DNA from: an archaeon
GTDB lineage: Archaea; Methanobacteriota_B; Thermococci; Methanofastidiosales; NM3
Direction of reading: 5' to 3'
Length of the DNA: 60,881 nucleotides
Assembly (NCBI GenBank): GCA_004212155.1
Contig: RXIG01000011.1
Span: forward strand, 1-60,881
This document shows, in pieces, positions 27,731-37,642 of the stretch. The position numbers were made by a program, and so were the translations under genes. Below the pieces are notes generated by a model. The model ran no database searches. It was not told the origin of the DNA and worked only from the letters and a program-made list of their open reading frames with translations. Numbering within the stretch: the stretch's first letter is position 1; each line of letters begins with the position of its first letter.

Positions 27731-28779
27731 TGGCATTGCCAGACCCACCGTATACGACTGGATCGATAAGGACGCCGCACGGCACGATACGCACGCCCGC
27801 GCTGATCCCGGTCGTCGCCACATCCTATGGCATATGGGACTTGTGGATCGACGGTACGTACACGGCGCCGTGGGACCTTGCACAGGCGACCATCCTCTCG
27901 CTCTACCACGTTCTCCAGTATTCCCGTGCACAACAGGTGCGCACGCGCGGCATACACGATGTTCTCGGTACGTCGCGTCCGGTCCTGATGGACAGCGGGG
28001 GATTCCAGTACATGAAAAAGGGGACCGAGCTCGACCCCATGGACGTGCTCAGCTTTGAGCGGCAGAGCGGATGCGACATCGGCATCACGTTCGACTACCC
28101 CATCACTCCCGACCTGGACGACGCTCAGCGAAACACAAGACTCGACCGTAGCATCGAAGCGGCAAATCTCATGCTTGAGCATGCAGACGGCATGGAACTC
28201 TACGGCGCCATCCACGGTTCCTCGCCACGTGAGATCGAGACGTACGCCGAAAGGCTCGATGAGGGATTCGGCGGGTATGGTATCGGCTCGCTCGTGCCCC
28301 GAAAGGGACACTACGCACACCTTGTCGACATCATGCACACCGCCCGCACCCTTACCACCCTTCCCATCCACGCGTTTGGCATCACCGGCTTTCCGGCGCT
28401 CTATGCACTATCGTACCTGGGCGTCGACACGTTCGACTCGTGGACATACGTTGTCGCAGCAGCGTACAAGGAGTACATCGACCCCGAACGGCTTACCCGG
28501 GTTAAAAATCTCAAGAAGCTAACGAGCCTTCCGTCATGCGACTGTCCAGTATGCCAGGAGCACGGGCTCAGGGACTTCATCGAGCCGACAAGCGAGGGCG
28601 AGGTCCTCCTCTCGCTGCACAACCTCCACGTGTACCTGAAAGAGATGGCATCGATACGCGAGGCGATGGAGCAAAACGAGCTTGAGGCATATATACTATC
28701 CAAGGGAGAAAGTGGCAACAGGAACATCAATCGTGCGTTCAGAGCCGCACAAATGAAAGTTAAAGAAAAGAAAGATTAA
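27730..28779 (+). CDS. tRNA-guanine transglycosylase-family protein (catalytic domain only)
   Basis: TPHGTIRTP, DSGGFQ, HAFG, GVDTFDS, Zn site CDCPVC...LHN; ATG overlaps the pyrK stop. Confidence 0.8.
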   Translation: MALPDPPYTTGSIRTPHGTIRTPALIPVVATSYGIWDLWIDGTYTAPWDLAQATILSLYHVLQYSRAQQVRTRGIHDVLGTSRPVLMDSGGFQYMKKGTELDPMDVLSFERQSGCDIGITFDYPITPDLDDAQRNTRLDRSIEAANLMLEHADGMELYGAIHGSSPREIETYAERLDEGFGGYGIGSLVPRKGHYAHLVDIMHTARTLTTLPIHAFGITGFPALYALSYLGVDTFDSWTYVVAAAYKEYIDPERLTRVKNLKKLTSLPSCDCPVCQEHGLRDFIEPTSEGEVLLSLHNLHVYLKEMASIREAMEQNELEAYILSKGESGNRNINRAFRAAQMKVKEKKD

Positions 28780-29447
28780 TAGAGATAGGTGAATCGCACG
28801 CCCATGCCCTTGGGCAACTTGTAGCGGATGTTCATGCCAATGATGAGCGCGGTCATGCTCTCGACGATGCGGCAGTTGCATAGGTTGCCGCCGTTGAGGC
28901 CCCGTACACCGTCAATCTTGTCGGCAAGCGCCATGACCTCCTGGCGCGCATCCTTGTCGTCTGAGCACACAACGACGTCGTTGTCGACAGTATTTTCGAT
29001 GTCGAGCAACCGCGCTGCACAGACGTTGTGGAAGGCACCAACAAGGGGCACCCCTTTGGGGACCATCGCCGCGGCCTGCTCGGCCGCAGAGCCCTCCCAC
29101 GGAGAGACGACCTGCGTGGGGCGCCCTCCAACGGCGTTTGCCAGGGGAACGCATAGCGAGACCACGATCTTGTCAGGCGTCAACTCCGACTTGATCGACT
29201 TGATCGTGTCCGCCATGTACTTGTAAGGCACGGAAAGCAGGATGATCTCGCCGTTCTCGACGGCCGCGTTGTTGTCCATTCCCTTGATATCGGCCTGGGG
29301 AAAGCTCTCCTGCACCTGTTCGACGGCGATGTTGGCCTTCGTTTCGTCACGTGAACCGATGATAACGGGTACGTTCGCCTGAGCGAAGCGCAGGGCGAGG
29401 CCCAATCCCTGGTCGCCCGTACCACCTATGATAGCCACCCTTTTCAT
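28776..29447 (-). CDS. npdG: F420-dependent NADP oxidoreductase
   Basis: IIGGTGDQGLGLA, IGSR, SAAEQ, GAFHN, ESMTALIIGMNIRYK. Confidence 0.92.
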   Translation of the reverse strand: MKRVAIIGGTGDQGLGLALRFAQANVPVIIGSRDETKANIAVEQVQESFPQADIKGMDNNAAVENGEIILLSVPYKYMADTIKSIKSELTPDKIVVSLCVPLANAVGGRPTQVVSPWEGSAAEQAAAMVPKGVPLVGAFHNVCAARLLDIENTVDNDVVVCSDDKDARQEVMALADKIDGVRGLNGGNLCNCRIVESMTALIIGMNIRYKLPKGMGVRFTYLY

Positions 29448-29571
29448 ATTAGCACCGTCCCCTTATACGTTGCAAGACGATTATAAGCTTTATGGTGTTG
29501 AAGTGTCCGAATGTGGAAAAACGCAAAGAATGTACAAAAGTTATAAAATCGTGCATGATGAATCTAATATA

Positions 29572-31242
29572 ATGTTTTCCAATATCAAAAAGAATGTCGA
29601 ATATATCAATAGATACCGGCAGATCGCCAAGGTCATGACAAAGCACGGGCTTGGATACTTCGTCGAGCAGATGGGCCTAAGCGAGCTTTTGCCCCGATTC
29701 AGGCGCGACGAGCTCACGAAGAAGAAGCGCAAGCAGTCTCTTGCCGTCACCTACAGGCTCGTGCTCGAGGAGCTTGGCCCAACGTTTATCAAACTGGGGC
29801 AGATCCTCTCGACCCGCCCCGACATCATCTCGAAGGAATACGTCGAGGAGTTCTCGAAGCTGCAGGACCAGGTAAGCCCGATACCCTACGAGGAGATCGA
29901 GAAGGTGATCGTGCAGGAGCTCAAATCACCCGTCGACGAGGTCTTCTCCGAGATCGACACCGAGGCGATATCGTCCGCATCGATCGGACAGGTCCACAGG
30001 GCCGTGCTCAACTCCGGTGAAGTCGTGGCGCTCAAGGTGCAAAAACCCAATATCAGACGCACGATCGAGATCGATATAGAAATCATGCGCACGCTTGCGC
30101 GACGCATGTCCGGCCTCGTCGCACAACGATCGCCCTATGAACCGGAGGAGATCGTCGACGAGTTCGCCAAGACGATTCGAAAAGAGCTCGACTACATGCT
30201 CGAGTCGGCCCATGCCCGCAAGTTCTACCATATCTTCGAGGACGACGATGAGGTGCGCATACCTCGCATCTACACGTCGATCACAACGAGACGGCTCCTT
30301 GCCATGGAGTATATCGACGGGGTCAACATCAAGGAGCTGCTAAAGGAAGGTTACACGAAGGAGCAGAGAAAGAAGGTCGCGCGTGTGGGCGCCCAGGCGA
30401 TGCTCAAAATGATATTTGACCATGGATTCTTCCATGGCGACCCCCACCACTCCAATGTCTTCGTTACCAAAAACGATGTCGTGACATTCCTTGACTTCGG
30501 CATCATCGGGCGACTCTCAAAGCGAAGCAAGGAGCATCTTACCGATCTGCTCATCGCCATCGTGCGCAAGGATGCATCGCAGGTCACATCCACGGTCGTA
30601 GCGATGTCTGAAACAAAGGACATCGACACGCAGGAGCTAACATGGGATATCGACGACCTTCTGGAACGCTACTACGGCAAACCGCTCGACGAGATCAACA
30701 TAGGGAACTACATCCAAGACCTGATGACGGTGGCCAAGCGCTACGGCATCAAGGTGCCCTCCAACTACGCGCTCCTGGGAAAGACCCTGATCATGATAGA
30801 GGGGATAGGTCGCCAGCTCGATCCCGAATTCAATACGGTGGAACATACGAGACCCTATGTCGAGCGCATGGTGCGCGAACGCATGAGCCCCCTCTCCACC
30901 ATACGGGACTGGTACGAGCGCCTCTCTGAGTCGTCGAAGATGGTCGTTGACATACCCTCGAAGCTGGACAGGGTCATGGCAGATATCGCAAAGGGCGACT
31001 TCAAGGTCGGCATTGAGCGCTCAACGATGGACGAGATGACCCACAGCTTCGAGAAAACGGTCAACAGGCTGTCGTTTTCCATCGTGATCGCAGGCATGGT
31101 GCTCGCATCGTCGATGCTTTTCATGGCAAACCTAGGTCCCGAACTCTACGGCCTCCCCATCTTCGGGTGGGTCGGGTTCATGATATCGTTCATGCTCGGC
31201 ATATGGCTCATTGGGGCGATAATACGGGGGGGAAAGCTCTAG
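29572..31242 (+). CDS. AarF/ABC1/UbiB-family kinase
   Basis: LGPTFIKLGQ, ASIGQVH, VALKVQ, FFHGDPH, LDFG; two C-terminal TM helices. Confidence 0.92.
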   Translation: MFSNIKKNVEYINRYRQIAKVMTKHGLGYFVEQMGLSELLPRFRRDELTKKKRKQSLAVTYRLVLEELGPTFIKLGQILSTRPDIISKEYVEEFSKLQDQVSPIPYEEIEKVIVQELKSPVDEVFSEIDTEAISSASIGQVHRAVLNSGEVVALKVQKPNIRRTIEIDIEIMRTLARRMSGLVAQRSPYEPEEIVDEFAKTIRKELDYMLESAHARKFYHIFEDDDEVRIPRIYTSITTRRLLAMEYIDGVNIKELLKEGYTKEQRKKVARVGAQAMLKMIFDHGFFHGDPHHSNVFVTKNDVVTFLDFGIIGRLSKRSKEHLTDLLIAIVRKDASQVTSTVVAMSETKDIDTQELTWDIDDLLERYYGKPLDEINIGNYIQDLMTVAKRYGIKVPSNYALLGKTLIMIEGIGRQLDPEFNTVEHTRPYVERMVRERMSPLSTIRDWYERLSESSKMVVDIPSKLDRVMADIAKGDFKVGIERSTMDEMTHSFEKTVNRLSFSIVIAGMVLASSMLFMANLGPELYGLPIFGWVGFMISFMLGIWLIGAIIRGGKL

Positions 31243-31254
31243 CCCCCTGCCCTC

Positions 31255-31950
31255 CTATTCTGAGATGAGCTCGATCGTCGTGTTGACGCAGGTGCGCTGC
31301 GCATTGCCGAAGAGGTCGTCAAGGATGTTGTAGACCTCGAATATGTTCTCGACGTTGACATCGGCGATGCCGCGCAGGCATTCCTTTGCCTGATACGCTA
31401 TACCGAGGTCGGCGGCCTGGATCATCGGGATGTCGTTGGCGCCGTCGCCCACAGCAACGACCATGGTCGCACCGGACGCTCCCTTGAACCTGTTGAGCCA
31501 GTCGCCCTTGTTGCCATCAACGCGCAGCTCGAATCCGCCGGTCAACATGCCGTTGTGTATCTCAAGCTTGTTGGATGCGACGTAGTCGATGCCGAGCCGA
31601 TGGGCGTGTCGGTGCGCTACGACATCGAAACCACCGGTGATGATGGCCGTCTTCGCACCTTCCGCCTTGAGCCGTTCGATTAGTTCCTCTGCACCCTCTG
31701 TCATGGAGGAATGCTTGAAGACGGTGTCGAAGTTGTTGATGTGCAGTCCCCTAATGAGGGCCAGACGCTCACGGAGTGACTCCTCGAACGTCATCTCGCC
31801 ACACATTCCGCGCTCAGTGAGGTCGGCCACTTCTTCGTAGCAACCGTGCACCTTCGCGACCTCGTCTAAAAATTCACAGTTGATGAGGGTCTTGTCCATA
31901 TCAAAGGCTACAAGTACCCTATCGTTACCTTTCCAAAACTTACCAGTCAT
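31255..31950 (-). CDS. serB: Phosphoserine phosphatase (HAD)
   Basis: FDMDKTLI, GEMTFEESLRERLAL, TGGF, GDGAND. Confidence 0.82.
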   Translation of the reverse strand: MTGKFWKGNDRVLVAFDMDKTLINCEFLDEVAKVHGCYEEVADLTERGMCGEMTFEESLRERLALIRGLHINNFDTVFKHSSMTEGAEELIERLKAEGAKTAIITGGFDVVAHRHAHRLGIDYVASNKLEIHNGMLTGGFELRVDGNKGDWLNRFKGASGATMVVAVGDGANDIPMIQAADLGIAYQAKECLRGIADVNVENIFEVYNILDDLFGNAQRTCVNTTIELISE

Positions 31951-31960
31951 GCTACACACA

Positions 31961-32065
31961 CTCCCTATATGCGGTTTCCCGAGTACAAAAAAGCACTAAG
32001 GGAGTGCCCCGGTATTCACACATACTATTTTCATGATGAACTCTCAGATTAGGGCGACATATAAA
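31961..32065 (-). promoter_or_regulatory. Structured serB leader with uORF (31996-32034), hairpin + U6 tract and anti-SD sequence
   Basis: TATA TTTATAT at 32065-32059; uORF MKIVCVNTGALP; GGGCAC-N7-GTGCTT-TTTT; loop CTCCCT complementary to AGGGAG before serB. Confidence 0.4.
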
Positions 32066-32205
32066 TCTATCGCCGCGCTTAGGCAGTTACATGTCAAAAA
32101 ACGAGCGTCACAAAGTCTATTGTAATGCGTATATGACCATTTTTTATTACAATCGTCATATTTCTTTCAAAAACCTTTAATAATTATGCTCTTCTCGAAG
32201 AAGGC

Positions 32206-33255
32206 ATGATTGAAGACCTGGTCAGAAAGGACATCGAATCCCTGCGATTCGCACACCCTTACGTTCCTAAGAAATATATCAATCTTTCACAAAACGAACC
32301 GTTGCGCGGCATCATCGGCGACAAGTACGCCACGCGCTACATCGGGCCCCATTACTATGAGCTCAAGGACAGGCTTGCGGCATACTTCGGCCTCAAGCGG
32401 GAAAACTTCGTCATCACGAATGGTGCCAATCACGGCATAGACGTCTGCTGCAGGTGCTTCCTCGAGCCGGGCGACAGCGCTGCGATGTATGACCCGAGCT
32501 ACGGCCCCTACTTCATGATACCGATGATCAATGGCCGCTCGGTGGTAAGGCTCACCCTTGACGAGAACTTCGAGCCTGACTGGTCGCTGTTTGAAAGAAG
32601 CGATGCGAAGATGGTCTACATACCCAATCCTGGCAATCCCACGGCCAATCTGCTCTCGCTTGACACCATACGGGAAGGCCTCGACACGGGAAAGGTGGTG
32701 GTGGTCGACGAGGCATACGCCGAGTTCACCGACGTCACCGCGGTCGACCTCATCAACGACTACGAGAATCTCGTCGTGCTGCGCACGTTCTCAAAGGTAT
32801 GGGCGCTCCCTGGAGCACGCGTCGGCTACACCATCGCCTGTGAGAAGACCTCTGATTACCTCGAACTCTCCCACATCCCTTATCATATGGCAAATCCATC
32901 GCTCAAGCTCGCCCACGACGTGCTCGACCATCAAGAGGAGATGGAGCAGCTCGTGCGGGACACGATCGAGCTCCGGGAGGAACTCCGTGAGGGATTGCGC
33001 GCACTGGGGCTTCACCCCTATCCCTCCTATACGAACTTCGTGCTCGTCGAGTTCCCAAAGGAGGTCGATGCATCGCGCATATTCCATGAACTGCTTGAAC
33101 GAAACATTTTTGTCAACAACGTCTCGGGCCAACCGCGCATCGAGAACTGTCTGAGGATTAGCGTTGGCCTCAGGGAAGAGAACGAGGCACTCCTGCGCGA
33201 GCTTGGCGCCGTGCTCGAACAGTGGGCCGACTCCTTTAACACCGTGGTACGATGA
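32206..33255 (+). CDS. hisC: Histidinol-phosphate aminotransferase-family PLP enzyme
   Basis: NPGNPT, VDEAYAEF, RTFSKVWALPGARVGY, TNF, LRISVG. Confidence 0.78.
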   Translation: MIEDLVRKDIESLRFAHPYVPKKYINLSQNEPLRGIIGDKYATRYIGPHYYELKDRLAAYFGLKRENFVITNGANHGIDVCCRCFLEPGDSAAMYDPSYGPYFMIPMINGRSVVRLTLDENFEPDWSLFERSDAKMVYIPNPGNPTANLLSLDTIREGLDTGKVVVVDEAYAEFTDVTAVDLINDYENLVVLRTFSKVWALPGARVGYTIACEKTSDYLELSHIPYHMANPSLKLAHDVLDHQEEMEQLVRDTIELREELREGLRALGLHPYPSYTNFVLVEFPKEVDASRIFHELLERNIFVNNVSGQPRIENCLRISVGLREENEALLRELGAVLEQWADSFNTVVR

Positions 33256-33971
33256 ATACGGCCGTGGTCTTTGACATGGACGGCACCCTCGTCGACGTGA
33301 CCGGGAGCTACAAACAGGCGATCATCGAGACGGTCTGCCACTTTCTCCCCGACGCGTCGCCGGAGGACGTAAGCGATGCGCGCGATGCGCTTCGCGGCGT
33401 GCCCAAGTTCAACAACGACTGGGATGCGACCTACTTCATACTGCAGCAACTGCGCGGGCACGACCCCGTCCTGAAACGAGATGAGGAATGGGGAAGGGTA
33501 CGCTCCGTATTTCAGAGCATCTACCTTGGGGAAGCGCTCTATGAACAGGCCTATGGCACAGCGCCGCCCTTGAGGCGCGTCCATGGCCTGATAGAGGCGG
33601 AACGGCCCTTGATCACTCGCGAGACGCTCGAATGCCTAACAGGCGTTTTGCGCGGCATCGTGACGTCACGACCGCGATTCGAGGCGTCACACACGGTCTC
33701 ATTGAGCTACCTCAGCGAGTTCTTCACCGATGAGATGATGGTGACGCTTGATGACGTCGAGAACGAGAAGCCGCATCCCGAACCGCTCCTGCTCATGAAA
33801 AAGAGGATTGACGCTTCGAACTACTTCTACGTTGGTGACACGGTGGATGATGCCTCGGCGGCACGCGCCGCCGGCTACACGAGCATCATCATCGGTGCCC
33901 CGTGGGGCGATATTGCGATCGATACGGTAAACGACCTTCCACAGGCGCTCAGCTTATGCGATAATAGGTAA
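33252..33971 (+). CDS. HAD hydrolase (possible histidinol-phosphate phosphatase)
   Basis: FDMDGTLVDV..SY, FNNDWD, KPHPEP, VGDTVDD; translationally coupled to hisC. Confidence 0.75.
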   Translation: MNTAVVFDMDGTLVDVTGSYKQAIIETVCHFLPDASPEDVSDARDALRGVPKFNNDWDATYFILQQLRGHDPVLKRDEEWGRVRSVFQSIYLGEALYEQAYGTAPPLRRVHGLIEAERPLITRETLECLTGVLRGIVTSRPRFEASHTVSLSYLSEFFTDEMMVTLDDVENEKPHPEPLLLMKKRIDASNYFYVGDTVDDASAARAAGYTSIIIGAPWGDIAIDTVNDLPQALSLCDNR

Positions 33972-34320
33972 CCTTTTCCAGTTCGACTGAAACACCCTTT
34001 CCTGTCTCCGGGCGCACGACGTCCTTGACCTTGGCCGTGTTGACGAGCGCGAGTTGTACACGAGCCGTCGTTATCTCGTACTCATCGAAGTCCATTGCCT
34101 GGCGCGTGTTGTGCACCGATGCCGACTTGACGATGGCGATGATGCCTTCGGTCTCTCGCGTCATGTCCTCCCCGGTCTTGCAGGTGATAAAGACCGCCTC
34201 GCCGACGTCGACCTGGGTAAGGGAGTTGATGTTGTGCGCACTGCGCAATTCGAACGTCTTGATGCCCTGTGTAAGCAGTTCCTTGTACGCCCGTGGCGTG
34301 ATACATGTCAACGCATACAT
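33949..34320 (-). CDS. DUF473-like archaeal protein
   Basis: 'ALT.I...KTFELRSAHN...VFIT' pattern; lies behind the PAC2 gene. Confidence 0.6.
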   Translation of the reverse strand: MYALTCITPRAYKELLTQGIKTFELRSAHNINSLTQVDVGEAVFITCKTGEDMTRETEGIIAIVKSASVHNTRQAMDFDEYEITTARVQLALVNTAKVKDVVRPETGKGVSVELEKVTYYRIS

Positions 34321-34329
34321 TGTCTCACC

Positions 34330-35040
34330 TCAAATATACATCGAACTGTAGTCCTCACTCTTCGACTGTTTCTCGACGTCCTTGCTCAGCTCGGCCAGTG
34401 TAGCCTCGAGCTGCTCTGCCTCCTTGATGAGCGATTCGGTGTTAATCTCCCTGTCGATGAGCCGCCCTATGACATCGAGGAGGTCTGAGGCGCTGCGTGG
34501 ATCGGGACGATTCCCGTACGTCTCTGCAAGCAGCGCAAGAGAGGGTATCGACTGGCGGTAGCATTCGAGCAGGAGCGCACCGCTTCCGCCGGATATGCTG
34601 CCCATGGGCAATACCTCGACCTGGTTGTCCTTGAGCGTCTGGAGCATCTCGTCGTTTGACCCGACGCCATAGACCGCACCCGAGGGCGAGTTTGAACCGA
34701 TGCCTGCAAGCGAGATCGACATGGAGACGCCAATGTCTTTCATGAAGCTTCCCAGTGAGTCGGCCATGTAAAATGTCTTGTTGTCGGGAAACGCCAGGTC
34801 CGAGACGAACACGATGAGCCCCTCGTTGCCGTAGATGCGCACGGGTGGGAGCACCTTCCCGCCAAAGACCATCGAGATCTGGGGAAGCATGTCGGTGCGG
34901 ATGTATCCGATCTCGGGCACTTCAAGCTCGTTTACCAGGTACGTCGCAGCAATATGTCCCACCAGTCCGACACCGGGAAATCCCTCGATGACGATGGGGT
35001 TTTTAAAAGAAACATCTTTTTGCACGATGATATCGATCAT
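34330..35040 (-). CDS. Proteasome assembly chaperone (PAC2 family)
   Basis: IEGFPGVGLVGHIA, PVRIY, PDPRSA, C-terminal hydrophobic-Tyr-X tail (MYI). Confidence 0.9.
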   Translation of the reverse strand: MIDIIVQKDVSFKNPIVIEGFPGVGLVGHIAATYLVNELEVPEIGYIRTDMLPQISMVFGGKVLPPVRIYGNEGLIVFVSDLAFPDNKTFYMADSLGSFMKDIGVSMSISLAGIGSNSPSGAVYGVGSNDEMLQTLKDNQVEVLPMGSISGGSGALLLECYRQSIPSLALLAETYGNRPDPRSASDLLDVIGRLIDREINTESLIKEAEQLEATLAELSKDVEKQSKSEDYSSMYI

Positions 35041-35238
35041 GCTATCACGTATGAACTAGGGCAAAAGAACGTATTAATAGTTTTCGTAGTATGGGCTTTG
35101 CACAGCTCGTAGGGAGATCTGACGCTTTCCTGGGCGCGGCCATCATACTTTGCCGCTGCGCCATGCAACGCACACAGAAGGGCGCTGCACGTATCATGAT
35201 CCCCAGATATAAGGGGTAATGGGGGCATGTGTCTTAAG

Positions 35239-35847
35239 CTACCAAGAGAAAAGAAAATACTTCGGTATGTCGACGTACTCATCCACAACGCGCAATATGG
35301 CCGAATCGCCCGTCGCGACGACACCTTCGGTGTGCTTAAGGTCGTGGTCCACCGATGAGGAGAGGACAGTATCGGTATCTACCGGCCATTCGTATGACCG
35401 TATGAGCGATGCCAACTCGCCGCTATGCGACACATCCTTGTCGATCAAGAAAACAACTTTTGCAGGAGAGGTACGCCGTACGAACTCGACCAGCTTTTCG
35501 AGCGCCGCATACGTTGATTCTGAAACCTCATATGCCCCGAACACGCCCGCATCGTCGCGTATGACATCGTCATCACAGACGAGAGGATCTCCCTCGAGCA
35601 CTACCTCGAGCGTTATGAGCACATTGTAAGTATCGACCAAAAGCCGCCTGCCTGAGAGGGCGTTCGGAGAAAGTGCCTTTGTCCTGCGCTCTGCACCCTC
35701 CTCATCCGAAAACGTTGTGCGCACCAGCAGATTGCGCTCATCACGCGTCAGCTCGTAGTGATTCGATATGAACTCGACAGCCGCCTTCTTGCGGTACCCT
35801 CGATTGAGGAGGTAGCGCAGTTCTTCACGAGCATCATGGAGGGACAT
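35239..35847 (-). CDS. DUF434 domain protein
   Basis: LRYLLNRGY, NHYEL, D.YNVLIT, SHSGEL, ATGDS. Confidence 0.8.
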   Translation of the reverse strand: MSLHDAREELRYLLNRGYRKKAAVEFISNHYELTRDERNLLVRTTFSDEEGAERRTKALSPNALSGRRLLVDTYNVLITLEVVLEGDPLVCDDDVIRDDAGVFGAYEVSESTYAALEKLVEFVRRTSPAKVVFLIDKDVSHSGELASLIRSYEWPVDTDTVLSSSVDHDLKHTEGVVATGDSAILRVVDEYVDIPKYFLFSW

Positions 35848-35878
35848 GGCATCGACCGATATGACATAAACAAAAAGG

Positions 35879-35992
35879 TGCCGGCGGCGTCTCGGGATTC
35901 CCACCGAGGGTAGTACAACCCGAATCGCAAAGAGGCTTTACTGCTGGGTTCGGAATGAGACCAGGTGTGGCTCTCTTGCTGTGACCGCCGTA
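35879..35992 (-). rRNA. rrf: 5S rRNA (stand-alone)
   Basis: Minus strand ACGGCGGTCACAGC...CACCTGGTCTCATTCCGAACCCAGCAGTAAAGC...TGTACT...GGGAA...GCCGCCG; own TATA at about 36016-36024; ends approximate. Confidence 0.93.
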
Positions 35993-36199
35993 CAGTGCTG
36001 GATGAAACAAGGTGTTATAAAAAGGTATCGGTCGTTCTGTCATCCCCGAATGATTGGAGAAACTTTTACCATCATAACCAGGTTATAATCCATATATTTT
36101 ATAGTGGAGGATAATTATTCATGAAAACATGGTAATTAGCGGAATAATATTTAAAGATGTAGTGGCATATAATACCATCACTTCTACAATGGCGATCCC

Positions 36200-37642
36200 A
36201 TGGAACGGAAAATGGTCTCATTTGTAAACCTCTTGGCGCGAAACTGGCTAAGCAGACGATTAATAGGCAAGCTCGACCATTTCGATGAACGAACCGGGGA
36301 AAAGCGCATAGAGAAGGTTTTGAAGCGCTATGTGGGGGAGCCCACGTCGTTTGACATGACATGCAGGGTGTACTATCCTTTCGTCAAACGCATCATAGGG
36401 TATGGGGGTGACAGATTCGACGTATCTCAAGAGCGCATGAAGGAATTCTTCACCGATCCCATCAAACGCAAGGGGCTAGGAAATGTCGTGCTCAGCATCG
36501 CGAAGTACGGCATCACGAAACCGCAAAGGCTCAGGGCTCCTTTCCTCGTGGTGTGGGACATCACCAAGGCATGCAATCTCAAGTGCAAGCACTGTTACTC
36601 CTCATCCGGTAGGCGATCGCCAGACGAACTGGACACCGAAGATGTCAAAAGGATCATCGACGAGATGGACCGATTGGGCGTCGTTGCCATCGCATTCTCC
36701 GGTGGCGAGCCGCTCATGCGTCCCGACTTCTATGATATAGCAGCGTATGCGTCTCGCAAGAACATCTATACGGCGCTCGCGACAAACGGCACCCTCATCG
36801 ATAAGAAGGTTGCCCGAAAGATCAAAAATGCGGGCATACGGTACGTCGAAATCTCTGTCGATGGCGCCGATCCGAAAACGCATGACGATTTCAGAGGTGT
36901 TGAGGGTGCGTGGGAGAAGGCGGTGGCAGGTCTCAAGAACTGCAAGGATATGGGACTCATGACCGCCATAGCATCGACCGCCACTAGCTCGAACATTGAC
37001 GAGGTAGGGAACATAATCGACCTTGCCGAGGAGATAGGTGTCGACCGGTTCATCGAGTTCAACTTCATCCCAACGGGCAGGGGGAGGTTCTCGTTCGAGG
37101 CGGATCTCTCACCAAAGCAGCGCGAGGAACTGCTCAAATACCTCTACAAACGCTCTCAAACATCGCCCGTCGAGATATTCTCAACGGCGCCGCAATATGC
37201 CCGCATCGCTATTCAGACGATACACAAACATGGAGACGGAAATCTTTCATTCACGTTCTACGGTGGACATGTGGAAGGGGATCTTTTCGAGATAGCGGAG
37301 TTTATTAGCGGATGTGGCGCTGGCCGGCTCTACTGCGCAGTCACGTCGTCCGGAAAGATAAAGCCCTGCGTCTTCATGCCCATAGTCGTGGGAAACCTCA
37401 AGAAAGAGTCGTTAAGGGACATCTGGAACGATTCACAAGAATTGCGCGACCTTCGTGACCGTTCCAATATCAAGGGTCAATGTGCCCAATGTGACTTCAG
37501 GAACGTCTGTGGGGGATGCCGCTCACGCGCTTACGGCTACTACGGCGATATGGAGGAGATAGACCCTGGATGCATCTACAATGTGAGTGAATACAGGGAG
37601 ATAATGGAGAAAAATGGTATAAAAATGAAAAACAAGGGCTAG
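36200..37642 (+). CDS. Radical SAM/SPASM-domain protein with N-terminal extension
   Basis: [19 protein letters not shown]; SPASM 'CGAG...PC' and 'CAQC...CGGC...DPGC'. Confidence 0.9.
   Translation: MERKMVSFVNLLARNWLSRRLIGKLDHFDERTGEKRIEKVLKRYVGEPTSFDMTCRVYYPFVKRIIGYGGDRFDVSQERMKEFFTDPIKRKGLGNVVLSIAKYGITKPQRLRAPFLVVWDITKACNLKCKHCYSSSGRRSPDELDTEDVKRIIDEMDRLGVVAIAFSGGEPLMRPDFYDIAAYASRKNIYTALATNGTLIDKKVARKIKNAGIRYVEISVDGADPKTHDDFRGVEGAWEKAVAGLKNCKDMGLMTAIASTATSSNIDEVGNIIDLAEEIGVDRFIEFNFIPTGRGRFSFEADLSPKQREELLKYLYKRSQTSPVEIFSTAPQYARIAIQTIHKHGDGNLSFTFYGGHVEGDLFEIAEFISGCGAGRLYCAVTSSGKIKPCVFMPIVVGNLKKESLRDIWNDSQELRDLRDRSNIKGQCAQCDFRNVCGGCRSRAYGYYGDMEEIDPGCIYNVSEYREIMEKNGIKMKNKG

Noticed and set aside
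35041-35238. GC hairpin region between the PAC2 and DUF434 genes as an sRNA
   Set aside because: One imperfect hairpin; no convincing C/D, H/ACA, SRP or RNase P features
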